Below, piece by piece: positions 9,732-18,059 of a stretch of 64,000 nucleotides of DNA. This stretch comes from an uncultured Gemmatimonadales bacterium (lineage in GTDB: Bacteria > Gemmatimonadota > Gemmatimonadetes > Longimicrobiales > RSA9). The stretch spans positions 1,120,001 to 1,184,000 of the forward strand of contig CAVUKA010000001.1 in NCBI GenBank assembly GCA_963741945.1, read 5' to 3'. Numbering within the stretch: position 1 is the first letter of the stretch; every line of letters starts with the position of its first letter. The position numbers and the translations under genes are program-made. The notes beneath the pieces were generated by a model. That model was not told the DNA's origin. It made no database searches and saw only the letters and a list, made by a program, of their open reading frames with translations.

Positions 9732-10020
9732 CAGACGGCGATGGTACCGCGACCTAGGAATCAACGCCGTCGCTTCCGGAAGGGACGCTTTTCGGAGGCA
9801 GCTCGCCGAAGGATTCGGCTGACGGCGAGCCGGCTGCGAGGTTACTGGCCGCAGCTGTAGCTCCTGAGGCCATGGAGCACCCGATCCGCGGGTCGCGCGG
9901 TGAGGGGTAAGGCGAAACGAGGCGGAGCGGACCGAAGGGTCACGCCACCGAACCGAAAGCCCTCGACGCCGCCAGTGGTGCGAGCCCCCGGGACCGGTTT
10001 CGACCGAGCCCGGGGGTTCC
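9732..10020 (+). ncRNA. Candidate structured non-coding RNA, family unassigned
   Basis: Contiguous hairpins 9734-9771, 9772-9799, 9801-9830, 9831-9857, 9860-9878; multi-stem 9902-9964; terminal hairpin 9982-10019 with UUCG loop; follows promoter. Confidence 0.55.
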
Positions 10021-10158
10021 TGCATCCAGCCGGCACCCGCGACGGTCCGGCGCGATCCGATCCATCCACCCTCGCCGTTGACGCGAGCGAAATCGCCCGA
10101 CACGCCGTGGACGGCCTGGCCGTCCTGTACGCTGACCCGCTTCCCCGATATCTCGCCC

Positions 10159-11358
10159 ATGGATCGCCGCACCTTCGTGAAGACGGGCGCCGCCGCTGCG
10201 GCCGGCGCCTCACTGCCCCGGGCGCTGCATGCCGAACGCCCGGTCCCGGGGGCGCCCGGTGTGCTGGCGCGCCGAACGCGGGACCCTCTGCTGATTGCGG
10301 ACGTGAGCAGCATCCGGTTCCGGAACGGGGGGACGGAGAGCGCGATCGAGCGGGCGTACCGCGGGATCGAAGCGGGTGAGGATGTCCTGGACGCGCTGGT
10401 TTCGGGCGTGCGCATCCCGGAGCTGGATCCGGAGGAAACGGGGATCGGGTACGGCGGACTGCCGAACGCCAGCGGCGTGGTGCAGCTGGACTCGTGCTGC
10501 ATGCACGGGGAGCGTCGCTGGGCAGGAGGCGTTGCCGCGCTGGAGGGGGTCCCGACCGCGGCGGCGGTAGCGCAGAAGGTGGCGACCCTCACCGACCATC
10601 ATCTTCTCGCGGGAGCGGGGGCGAAGGAGTTCGCCCGTGACGTGGGCTTCGAGATCATGGAGGACCTGAACACGGAGCGCTCGCGCGCGCTCTGGCTCGA
10701 GTGGCGGCGCCGGGTGGACCCGGAGCACTGGCTCGATCCGGATGAGCGGACGGGGCGGGGAGAGAGCGCGGCTGGCATGACGGGGCGCGGGCGGGGCCGG
10801 CAGGCTGCCCGGGCAGAGGCGTGGTACCGGGCCGGACGCTCCATGGTGCGCGACGGCCTGATCCCGGAGCATTCGTTCTGGGGCACCACCAACCTGAACG
10901 CGCTCACGCCTGCGGGGCACGTGGCCGGCGTCACCACCACCAGCGGGCTGGCCTGGAAGATCCCGGGGCGTGTGGGTGACTCGCCGATCCTTGGCGCGGG
11001 GCTCTATGTGGACGATGCCGTGGGCGCAGCGGGGTCCACGGGGCGGGGCGAAGCGAACCTGTACAACCTGTCGAGCTATCTGATCGTCGAGAACATGCGT
11101 CGCGGGCTGGCGCCCAAGGACGCGGGCATGGCCGCCCTGCGTCGCATAGCCGACAACACGGTCGAGCCCCGTCTCCTGAACGACCGCGGGCTCCCCGCGT
11201 TCGATGTCCGGTTCTTCATCCTGGACCGTTCCGGCCGGTACGCCGGCGTGGCGCTGTACGGCGCGGCGGAGAAGATGTTCGCGGTCATGGACGGAAGTGG
11301 CGCGCGGGAGGAGCCGCTGGAAGGCCTGTTCGAGGGGCGCCCGGAGGACGACAGGTAG
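10159..11358 (+). CDS. Tat-exported glycosylasparaginase / isoaspartyl peptidase (Ntn hydrolase)
   Basis: MDRRTFVK Tat signal; GIGYGGLPN, WGTT nucleophile site, TTSGLAWKIPGRVGDSPILGAG. Confidence 0.88.
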   Translation: MDRRTFVKTGAAAAAGASLPRALHAERPVPGAPGVLARRTRDPLLIADVSSIRFRNGGTESAIERAYRGIEAGEDVLDALVSGVRIPELDPEETGIGYGGLPNASGVVQLDSCCMHGERRWAGGVAALEGVPTAAAVAQKVATLTDHHLLAGAGAKEFARDVGFEIMEDLNTERSRALWLEWRRRVDPEHWLDPDERTGRGESAAGMTGRGRGRQAARAEAWYRAGRSMVRDGLIPEHSFWGTTNLNALTPAGHVAGVTTTSGLAWKIPGRVGDSPILGAGLYVDDAVGAAGSTGRGEANLYNLSSYLIVENMRRGLAPKDAGMAALRRIADNTVEPRLLNDRGLPAFDVRFFILDRSGRYAGVALYGAAEKMFAVMDGSGAREEPLEGLFEGRPEDDR

Positions 11359-11377
11359 AGGGGGTGCGGGGGGCGGG

Positions 11378-11878
11378 TCATCGAGCGACGGCGCGGGTGG
11401 ACCGCGCCATGGCCCACTCGAGGATCTCCGGGTCGCGGGCGGCGTCGGTGATGAGCTGACGGGGGTCGGGGCGGCGGCCCACGCGGAGGAGGTCGAGGCG
11501 GTCGGCGTCCCAGCAGGTGCCGAGCGTCGGGTCGTCGGTGGCGACACCGAGCGTGTGGGTGCGGCAGGCTTCGACGAGCAGCTCGAGCTGAGCGGACGTC
11601 ATCGGCAGCAGGGCGGGATCGAGGGTCCGGATCCAGGCGGCCGCGCGGGGGCCGTGGTGGAGGTCGCGGGCCTCGTTCAGGCGGCGACTGTCGTGGAGCG
11701 CTGCGAAGAACTCCACCACCAGGGGGTCCGCTCCGGTGCGCGGTGCCAGCCGGGCGCCGTTGTCCCGCACGCGTTCCCAGTGGTGGAGGCCGTGGATCCC
11801 GTACCAGTCCAGCGCGTACTGCGCTCGCACCGCTTCGAGCAGCTCGGTGCTGACGCGCGTCCAGCCGACCTCGGCCAT
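11378..11878 (-). CDS. HD-domain phosphohydrolase
   Basis: HGLHHWERV, ALHDSRR, HGPRAA, CWDADRLDL. Confidence 0.8.
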   Translation of the reverse strand: MAEVGWTRVSTELLEAVRAQYALDWYGIHGLHHWERVRDNGARLAPRTGADPLVVEFFAALHDSRRLNEARDLHHGPRAAAWIRTLDPALLPMTSAQLELLVEACRTHTLGVATDDPTLGTCWDADRLDLLRVGRRPDPRQLITDAARDPEILEWAMARSTRAVAR

Positions 11879-11924
11879 GGGCGTCCTCCCCGGAAAAGGC
11901 GGGCGTGGGTTTCCATGTCGAACC

Positions 11925-11961
11925 CCGCCCCCCGCCGCGAACCCTGCGGGGCGGGGGGCGG
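11925..11961. terminator. GC-rich stem-loop downstream of fumarase
   Basis: CCGCCCCCCGCC / GGCGGGGGGCGG 12-bp stem; weak U-tract. Confidence 0.45.
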
Positions 11962-11969
11962 TGAAGGAG

Positions 11970-13628
11970 CTAGAACTGCGCGAAGAAGTCGTTCCCCTTG
12001 TCGTCCACGAGCACGAAGGCGGGGAAGTCCTCGACATCGATCCGCCACACCGCTTCCATGCCCAGCTCGGGGAAATCGATGCACTCCACCTTCTTGATGT
12101 TCTCGGCGGCGAGGAGCGCCGCGGGGCCGCCCATGGAGCCCAGGTAGAAGCCACCGTGCTTCGCGCAGGCATCGGTGACCTGCTGGCTCCTGTTCCCCTT
12201 GGCGATCATGATGAGGCTGCCGCCGTGGCTCTGGAGCAGGTCCACGTACGCGTCCATGCGCCCGGCCGTGGTGGGTCCGAACGACCCGGAGGCCCGCCCG
12301 GCGGGCGTCTTGGCCGGCCCGGCGTAGTAGACGGGGTGCTTCGTCAGGTAATCGGGGATCGGCGCACCGCGGTCCAGGATCTCCTTGAAACGGGCGTGGG
12401 CGATATCGCGAGCGACCACGAGCGTCCCGCTCAGCAGCACCGGGTCCCCCACCTTCAGCGCCGACAGCGCCTCTCGGGCCGCGTCCATGCCACGCGTGAG
12501 GTCCACGCGCGTGCCCTGCATGCTCCCGCTCTCGCGGTACGCCTCCGGGATGAGCCTTGCCGGATCGGTGTCCAGCCGTTCCACGAACAGGCCGTCGCGC
12601 GTCACCTTCGCCCTGATGTTCCGGTCCGCAGAGCAGGAGACGGCCATCCCCACGGGGCAGCTGGCGCCATGGCGGGGGAGGCGGATGACGCGCACGTCGT
12701 GGGCGAAGTACTTGCCGCCGAACTGCGCGCCGATCCCCAGCCGCTGGGCCGCGAGCAGCAGTCGGGCCTCCAGCTCGACATCCCGGAACGCGCGCCCGTG
12801 CTCGTTCCCGCTGGTGGGCAGGCCGTCCAGCTCCCGGGCGCTGGCCAGCTTCACTGCCTTCATGTTCGCATCCGCGCTGGTCCCGCCAATGACGAAAGCG
12901 ACGTGGTACGGCGGGCACGCGGCTGTGCCCAGCGACTTCATCTTCTCCACCAGGAACGATTCCAGCTTCTCAGGCGTCAGGAGCGCCTTCGTCTGCTGGA
13001 ACAGCATTGTCTTGTTGGCGCTCCCCCCTCCCTTGGCCATGAACAGGAACTTGTACGTGTCGCCGTCGGTGGCCTGGATGTCGATCTGCGCCGGGAGGTT
13101 GGTACCCGTGTTCTTCTCCGTATACATGTCCAGCGCCACGGTCTGCGAGTAGCGCAGGTTCTCCTCCGTGTACGTCCGGTAGACGCCGCGGGCGATCCAT
13201 TCCTCGTCCCTGGCGCCCGTCCACACCCGCTGCCCCTTCTTCGCGACGACGGTGGCCGTTCCCGTGTCCTGGCACACCGGCAGCTCGCCTTCCGCCGACA
13301 CGGCGGCGTTGCGCAGGAACGCCAGCGCCACGCCGCGGTCGTTCGGCGAAGCTTCCGGGTCGCGGAGGATCGTGGCCACCTGCTCGTTGTGGCCGGGACG
13401 CAGGAGGAAGGAGACATCGCGCATGGCAGCGCGCGTGAGGACGGCCAGGGCTTCGGGTGCCACCTTCAGCACTTCCTGGCCATCGAAGATCCCGATGGAG
13501 ACGTAGCGCTCGGAGCCTTCGAGCTTCCGGTACTCGGTGGTATCCGGCTCCAGCGGGAACGGGTCCTGGTAGACGAACTCGGGCGCGGCGGACTTCCGCT
13601 CGGCGGCCCCGGCGACGGCATTGGGCAT
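11970..13628 (-). CDS. fumA: Class I fumarate hydratase
   Basis: [53 protein letters not shown]. Confidence 0.95.
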   Translation of the reverse strand: MPNAVAGAAERKSAAPEFVYQDPFPLEPDTTEYRKLEGSERYVSIGIFDGQEVLKVAPEALAVLTRAAMRDVSFLLRPGHNEQVATILRDPEASPNDRGVALAFLRNAAVSAEGELPVCQDTGTATVVAKKGQRVWTGARDEEWIARGVYRTYTEENLRYSQTVALDMYTEKNTGTNLPAQIDIQATDGDTYKFLFMAKGGGSANKTMLFQQTKALLTPEKLESFLVEKMKSLGTAACPPYHVAFVIGGTSADANMKAVKLASARELDGLPTSGNEHGRAFRDVELEARLLLAAQRLGIGAQFGGKYFAHDVRVIRLPRHGASCPVGMAVSCSADRNIRAKVTRDGLFVERLDTDPARLIPEAYRESGSMQGTRVDLTRGMDAAREALSALKVGDPVLLSGTLVVARDIAHARFKEILDRGAPIPDYLTKHPVYYAGPAKTPAGRASGSFGPTTAGRMDAYVDLLQSHGGSLIMIAKGNRSQQVTDACAKHGGFYLGSMGGPAALLAAENIKKVECIDFPELGMEAVWRIDVEDFPAFVLVDDKGNDFFAQF

Positions 13629-13870
13629 GGTCGATCGCTGTGACGTGAGAGTCTCTCGCCGGGGCTAGCGGGTTCCCGAAAGGTCGCCCCCGATTCGCTC
13701 CCCGTCAAACATCCCCCCACCCCGCCGCCGTTCCCGTCGCGACTCCCGTCGCCGCTCCCGTCGACCCCTCTCCGACGGCTCCTGCCGCGACGCCAGATTC
13801 CCGCTTACGCCTCGCGCGCATTATTCTGTAGGGGAACACAGTCCACACCCAGAGAACACAGGAGCAGCAC

Positions 13871-14557
13871 GTGGCGCTCTTCCGTTCAGCCAGTGAAGAT
13901 TCGGCCGACCGCCCGGCGGGCATGGAGGTCCTGGCGGCGGCACCCCGGGCCAGTGGCTCGGCGGGTGATTCCGTCGTCGGCGAAGGAATGGTGGTCCGGG
14001 GCGACTGCGAAGCTCGCGGCGCCCTGCGCGTGAACGGTCACGTCACCGGCGACGTGGTGGCCCTCAGCGTGATAGTCGGGCCGGACGGCCGCGTGGATGG
14101 AAACGTGGCGATCCCGGGCGGGGGGCATGGCCAGGGGGAGGTGCGGGTCGACGGGCACGTGGCGGGGGAAGTGCAGGCCGAGCGCGTCGAGGTGGGGCGG
14201 GAAGGCGTGGTGGGTCGCGCGCTCCGTGCCGCCGAAGCGGTGGTGCACGGCCGCGTGAGCGGAGGCGTCACCGCCGACCGGCGGCTCCTCCTGGAGTCCA
14301 CCGCCGATGTAGCCGGCGACATCACCACGGAGCGCCTCACGATCAAGGAAGACGCCACCATCATGGGAGCCCTGCGCGTGGGGCGGCCCGGCGGTTCAGG
14401 GGCGCAGGGCGCTGAACGCGCGTCCGCCGCGACCAAAGCTCCGGAAGCCACCAAAGCTCCGGAAGCGACCAAAGCCCGGGAGGCGACCAGAGCCCCGGAG
14501 GCGAAGAAGACCCAGGGCGAGGCGTTCCCGAAGAGTTCGTCAGCGCCAGACAAATAG
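13871..14557 (+). CDS. Bactofilin (polymer-forming cytoskeletal protein) with repeat tail
   Basis: SVVGEGMVVRGD...LRVNGHVTGDV and further V/G beta-helix repeats. Confidence 0.8.
   Translation: MALFRSASEDSADRPAGMEVLAAAPRASGSAGDSVVGEGMVVRGDCEARGALRVNGHVTGDVVALSVIVGPDGRVDGNVAIPGGGHGQGEVRVDGHVAGEVQAERVEVGREGVVGRALRAAEAVVHGRVSGGVTADRRLLLESTADVAGDITTERLTIKEDATIMGALRVGRPGGSGAQGAERASAATKAPEATKAPEATKAREATRAPEAKKTQGEAFPKSSSAPDK
14429..14500 (+). repeat. 18-bp x4 coding tandem repeat (ATKAPE)
   Basis: GCGACCAAAGCTCCGGAA and three variants. Confidence 0.9.
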
Positions 14558-14593
14558 GGCCGACACGGGAAGGCCGCAGGCCCGGCCTCGACG

Positions 14594-14956
14594 CTACCCC
14601 GGATGCGCGACGGTGAGCAGGAAGGCCGCGCCCTCGTCCGTGCGGACATCATGCGGGACGCCCGGTCCGAGCGCCAGGATCTGGCCCGTCTCCACGCGCT
14701 GCGTGCCGCCATCCGTCTCGACATGGACGCGCCCGCGCAGAGGCTGGATGGTGACCGGCCCGTCGGCGTCGTGCTCCGGAATGCCACCACCGGGCCCGAG
14801 CACGACCAGCGTGACGCGGAGCGAGCCCTCCTTCAGCAGCGTCCGGCTGCTGCGCCCGTCGCGGTCCAGTGTGGCGGGATGGGTGGCCTCCTCTTCTTCT
14901 GCGCGCAAATCGAAGAGCAGGGCGTTTCCGTGAAGCGGTCGTTCGATGCTGGACAT
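14594..14956 (-). CDS. Cupin-domain protein
   Basis: SSRTLLKEGSLRVTLV, PEHDADGPVTIQ, GVPHDV. Confidence 0.8.
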   Translation of the reverse strand: MSSIERPLHGNALLFDLRAEEEEATHPATLDRDGRSSRTLLKEGSLRVTLVVLGPGGGIPEHDADGPVTIQPLRGRVHVETDGGTQRVETGQILALGPGVPHDVRTDEGAAFLLTVAHPG

Positions 14957-15027
14957 GGCAATGCTCGTTTCCTGGTGCTGGTCCCGGGTGCCGGCGAAGA
15001 CCGCCACATGCAAGTTGCGCGCGTGCC

Positions 15028-15432
15028 CTACTGCTCCGCGGCCCCCCGCTCGCACATGAGCGACAGCAGGTTCCCCCACGGATCGCGCAAGAACGCGAGC
15101 CACAGCTCGGTCTCCCCGAGCTCCGCTACCTTGCGCGGCGCCTCGACGAACTCCACTCCGCGACCCGCCAGCGCTGCGTGCATGGCCTCGATGTCGTCCA
15201 CCTGGAAATAGAGGACGCTGCCGCTCCCATCCCGCGGGGCGGACGAGGCGTCGTCCGATTCCGGCTCGGACACCATGAGCCGGATCCCTCCGCAGTCGAA
15301 GAAGGACAGGGCGGGCGGTGCGGAGAAAAGGTGTCGCATTCCCAGCCGGTCGCGGTAGAAGGTGGTCGCCTCGGCGACGTCGCCCACGGTGAGCGCGATC
15401 TGCCCGATCGGTCCGAGTCCCATTCCGGCCAT
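15028..15432 (-). CDS. VOC/glyoxalase family protein
   Basis: IGQIALTV, FYRDRLG, LYFQVDDI, FLRDPWGNLL. Confidence 0.88.
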   Translation of the reverse strand: MAGMGLGPIGQIALTVGDVAEATTFYRDRLGMRHLFSAPPALSFFDCGGIRLMVSEPESDDASSAPRDGSGSVLYFQVDDIEAMHAALAGRGVEFVEAPRKVAELGETELWLAFLRDPWGNLLSLMCERGAAEQ

Positions 15433-15592
15433 GAAGCCTCCTTCGCAGAGAGCACGGGAGCACGCGGCCCGTCATCGCCCCACGATGCGAGTGCAATCGC
15501 CTCGCCGCCAGCGTGGCGGGGGCCGATGGCGCCCCTGTCGGATGGCCGGTTTCGGCCCGCAGGGCCGGCCGGGTCAGGGCGGATCGGCCGGC

Positions 15593-15982
15593 TCAGCCCG
15601 GGCCGCCGGGCATCGGCCCGTACCGCAACCCGGCCTCGATCCGCTCCAGGACCTCGATCGCCGCGGTGAGCTCGGCGCGCGGCCCCCGCGGCCTCGCCTT
15701 CAGCCGCCGCAGCGCGGAGCCGGCCATGGAGACGGCGCGCAGCCCGGAGCTTCGATACGCTTCCCGCTCGTGAATCGGCACCGTTCCGGGCGGCGGGATT
15801 TCCGCGCGCGTCCCGACGATGGCGCGGGCCATGACGAAAGTGGCGGGAACGAGGACTGCCTCGGCCCGCCGGGACTGCCGCCGGGGGAGGCCGGCGAGGA
15901 TGCCGCCGATCAGGTGGCTGAGCTGCTGCAGGCTCAGGTACTCGGGCTGGATCTCCCATTCGAACTGGGCCGGGACTCGCAT
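15593..15982 (-). CDS. Hypothetical helical protein, possibly four-helix-bundle (23S IVP-like)
   Basis: 129-aa ORF, GGAG upstream; helix spacing resembles that family. Confidence 0.45.
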   Translation of the reverse strand: MRVPAQFEWEIQPEYLSLQQLSHLIGGILAGLPRRQSRRAEAVLVPATFVMARAIVGTRAEIPPPGTVPIHEREAYRSSGLRAVSMAGSALRRLKARPRGPRAELTAAIEVLERIEAGLRYGPMPGGPG

Positions 15983-16176
15983 GACCACGCTCCGGTGAGG
16001 GTGTGCCCCCAATGTCCGCACGGGGCGGGGCGCGTCCATGGCCGGAGGGGACGGTCGCCCGCAGCCCGCCCGTGGCGGAGCCCCGGAGGGGTGGAGAGCG
16101 ACGACGCCCAGCGCAGAGGGTGGCGGCGGCCGGCGCGGGCGCGCGGCGAAGCGGCCAGCGGGGAACGGAGGACCCG

Positions 16177-16467
16177 ATGCTGGTGATCATCAGCGACCTC
16201 CACCCAAGCGACGTCGGCACCACGCATGCCTTCGATGCGGCGGCGCTCGAGGTGATCTCGGATCGGGTGGATGCGGCGGCGCTCTCGCGTGGAGCGCGCG
16301 AGATCCGGCTCGTGCTGCTGGGCGACACCGATGCCACGTACGTCCCCGGACACCACGACCGCGTCCTGCACAATTTCCCGGCCCTCCGGGACCGACTGAC
16401 GCTACCGGATTCGCCGGCCCACATCCACGCCGCCGCTTGCCGCGCAATCGTTCGCTCCCCACGGTGA
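16177..16467 (+). pseudogene. Internally deleted calcineurin-like metallophosphoesterase remnant
   Basis: GGAGG RBS; MLVIISDLH, LVLLGD and YVPGHHD motifs compressed into 96 aa; C-terminal motifs absent. Confidence 0.6.
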
Positions 16468-16577
16468 GAGGTTGCCATTCTTGCACCGGGAGCCCGTATG
16501 CTGCGACCATCCACCCCCGTCCTCCGGGCCGGCGCCGCCCGTCCCGCGTCCTGCCCACCCGCGCGGGCCGGGCGGGC

Positions 16578-17966
16578 ATGACCCGGGTGGTGGTGGTGGG
16601 CGGAGGGGCCTCGGGGCGACTCGTCGCCCTCCACCTCCTGCGCCGGGCCCCCGCCGGGGCCGGCCTCCGGATCAGCGTAGTGGACCGGGCCGGGCCGGGC
16701 GCCATGGGACCCGCCTACTCCACCGACTCGGACACGCTGCTCCTCAACGTTCCGGCGGAGATCATGGGCGCCTCCTCCGACGATCCCGACGAGTTCCGGC
16801 GCTGGGCCGCAGGCCGATGGCCGGGCACCGAGCCCGGGGCGTTCGTTCCCCGGCGCCTGTTCCGGGAATACTTGCTGGGGCTGCTGGCCGATGCCGTGGG
16901 CGACCGGGCGGGCGACGTGACCTTCGAGCACGTCCGGGGCTCGGCCACGGACATCGAGGTCTCGGGCGCCGAGCGCGGCGACCGGGGCCGGGCCGCCGTC
17001 CACCTGGAGTCCGGCGACCGGCTCGAGGCCGACCGGGTGGTCCTGGCCCTCGGCAACTTCCCGCCGCCGGAGCTCCCCATGTCGGACCCGGCCACGGGGG
17101 AGAGCGACCGATACGTGCCCGTCCCCTGGGACCTGTCCGCCCTGGACCGTCTGGAGACCGACGACCCGGTGGTCTTCATCGGCACCGGCCAGACCATGGT
17201 GGACCTGTGCCTGGTCCTGGCCGGGCGGGGCCACACGGGCACGCTGACGGGGATCTCCCGGCGCGGGCTGCTCCCCCTCACCCACCCGGAAGACGACCAG
17301 GAGTACCCGTCGTTCTACCCGGAGATCGAGGGCGTCCGCAGCGTCCGCCGCGTCCTGGCCGTCATCCGGAAGCACGTGCGCCGGGCCCGGTCCCGGGGGA
17401 TCGACCCCCGGGCGGTCATCGACTCCATGCGGTCCGACACCCAGGTCCTCTGGAGCGCCATGCCGGAGGTCGAGAAGCGGCGGTTCATGCGTCACGGGTT
17501 CCGCTACTGGGAGCGGATCCGGAGCCGGATCCCGCCGGGCAGCGGCGCGGCCATCGACCGCATGTGGGACCAGGGCCGGCTGCGGATCCGCACCGGCCGG
17601 GTCCGGGACATCCGGGATACCGGCGCCGCCATGGAGGTCCGCTACGCGCCTCGCCGTGACGGGCCGGAGCGGACCGAGCGCGGCGCATTGGTCATCAGCT
17701 GCATCGGCCCGGAGACCGACTACCGACGGGTCCGCGATCCCCTGGTGCGAAACCTCATGGACCGGGGCCTGATGCGGCCGGGCATGGCCGACATCGGGAT
17801 GGCCACCGACCTCGACGGCGCCCTCCTCGATGCTGAGGACGAGCCGTCGCACGTACTCTTCACTATCGGCTCCCCCATGAAGGGGCTGGTCTGGGAGATG
17901 CTGGCCGTGCCGGACATCCGGGTCCAGGCGGAGAACCTGGCGGAGCGGTTCGTCGGGACGGGTTGA
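16578..17966 (+). CDS. FAD/NAD(P)-binding protein (YdhS-like)
   Basis: VVGGGASG, GPAYST...LLNVPA..M, IGTGQTMVD, ISRRGLLP, ISCIGP. Confidence 0.85.
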   Translation: MTRVVVVGGGASGRLVALHLLRRAPAGAGLRISVVDRAGPGAMGPAYSTDSDTLLLNVPAEIMGASSDDPDEFRRWAAGRWPGTEPGAFVPRRLFREYLLGLLADAVGDRAGDVTFEHVRGSATDIEVSGAERGDRGRAAVHLESGDRLEADRVVLALGNFPPPELPMSDPATGESDRYVPVPWDLSALDRLETDDPVVFIGTGQTMVDLCLVLAGRGHTGTLTGISRRGLLPLTHPEDDQEYPSFYPEIEGVRSVRRVLAVIRKHVRRARSRGIDPRAVIDSMRSDTQVLWSAMPEVEKRRFMRHGFRYWERIRSRIPPGSGAAIDRMWDQGRLRIRTGRVRDIRDTGAAMEVRYAPRRDGPERTERGALVISCIGPETDYRRVRDPLVRNLMDRGLMRPGMADIGMATDLDGALLDAEDEPSHVLFTIGSPMKGLVWEMLAVPDIRVQAENLAERFVGTG

Positions 17967-18059
17967 AGGCTCCCTGGCCGCGCCACTGGCGCGCGTCCGC
18001 CGCGCGCCCCCAGACTGTCGCACCCGTTCGATATCCAAGGACTCGATCCAGGAACCGTC

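Noticed and set aside
9741-9860. rpmH (bL34) next to DnaA boxes
   Set aside because: Lacks the MKRT(F/Y)QP and HGF..RM signature
9732-10020. RNase P, tmRNA, SRP RNA or group II intron domain V
   Set aside because: No GAGGAAAGTCC, tRNA-like ends, SRP helix-8 motif or domain V consensus; GGTAAGGCGAAACG is only a short resemblance to RNase P
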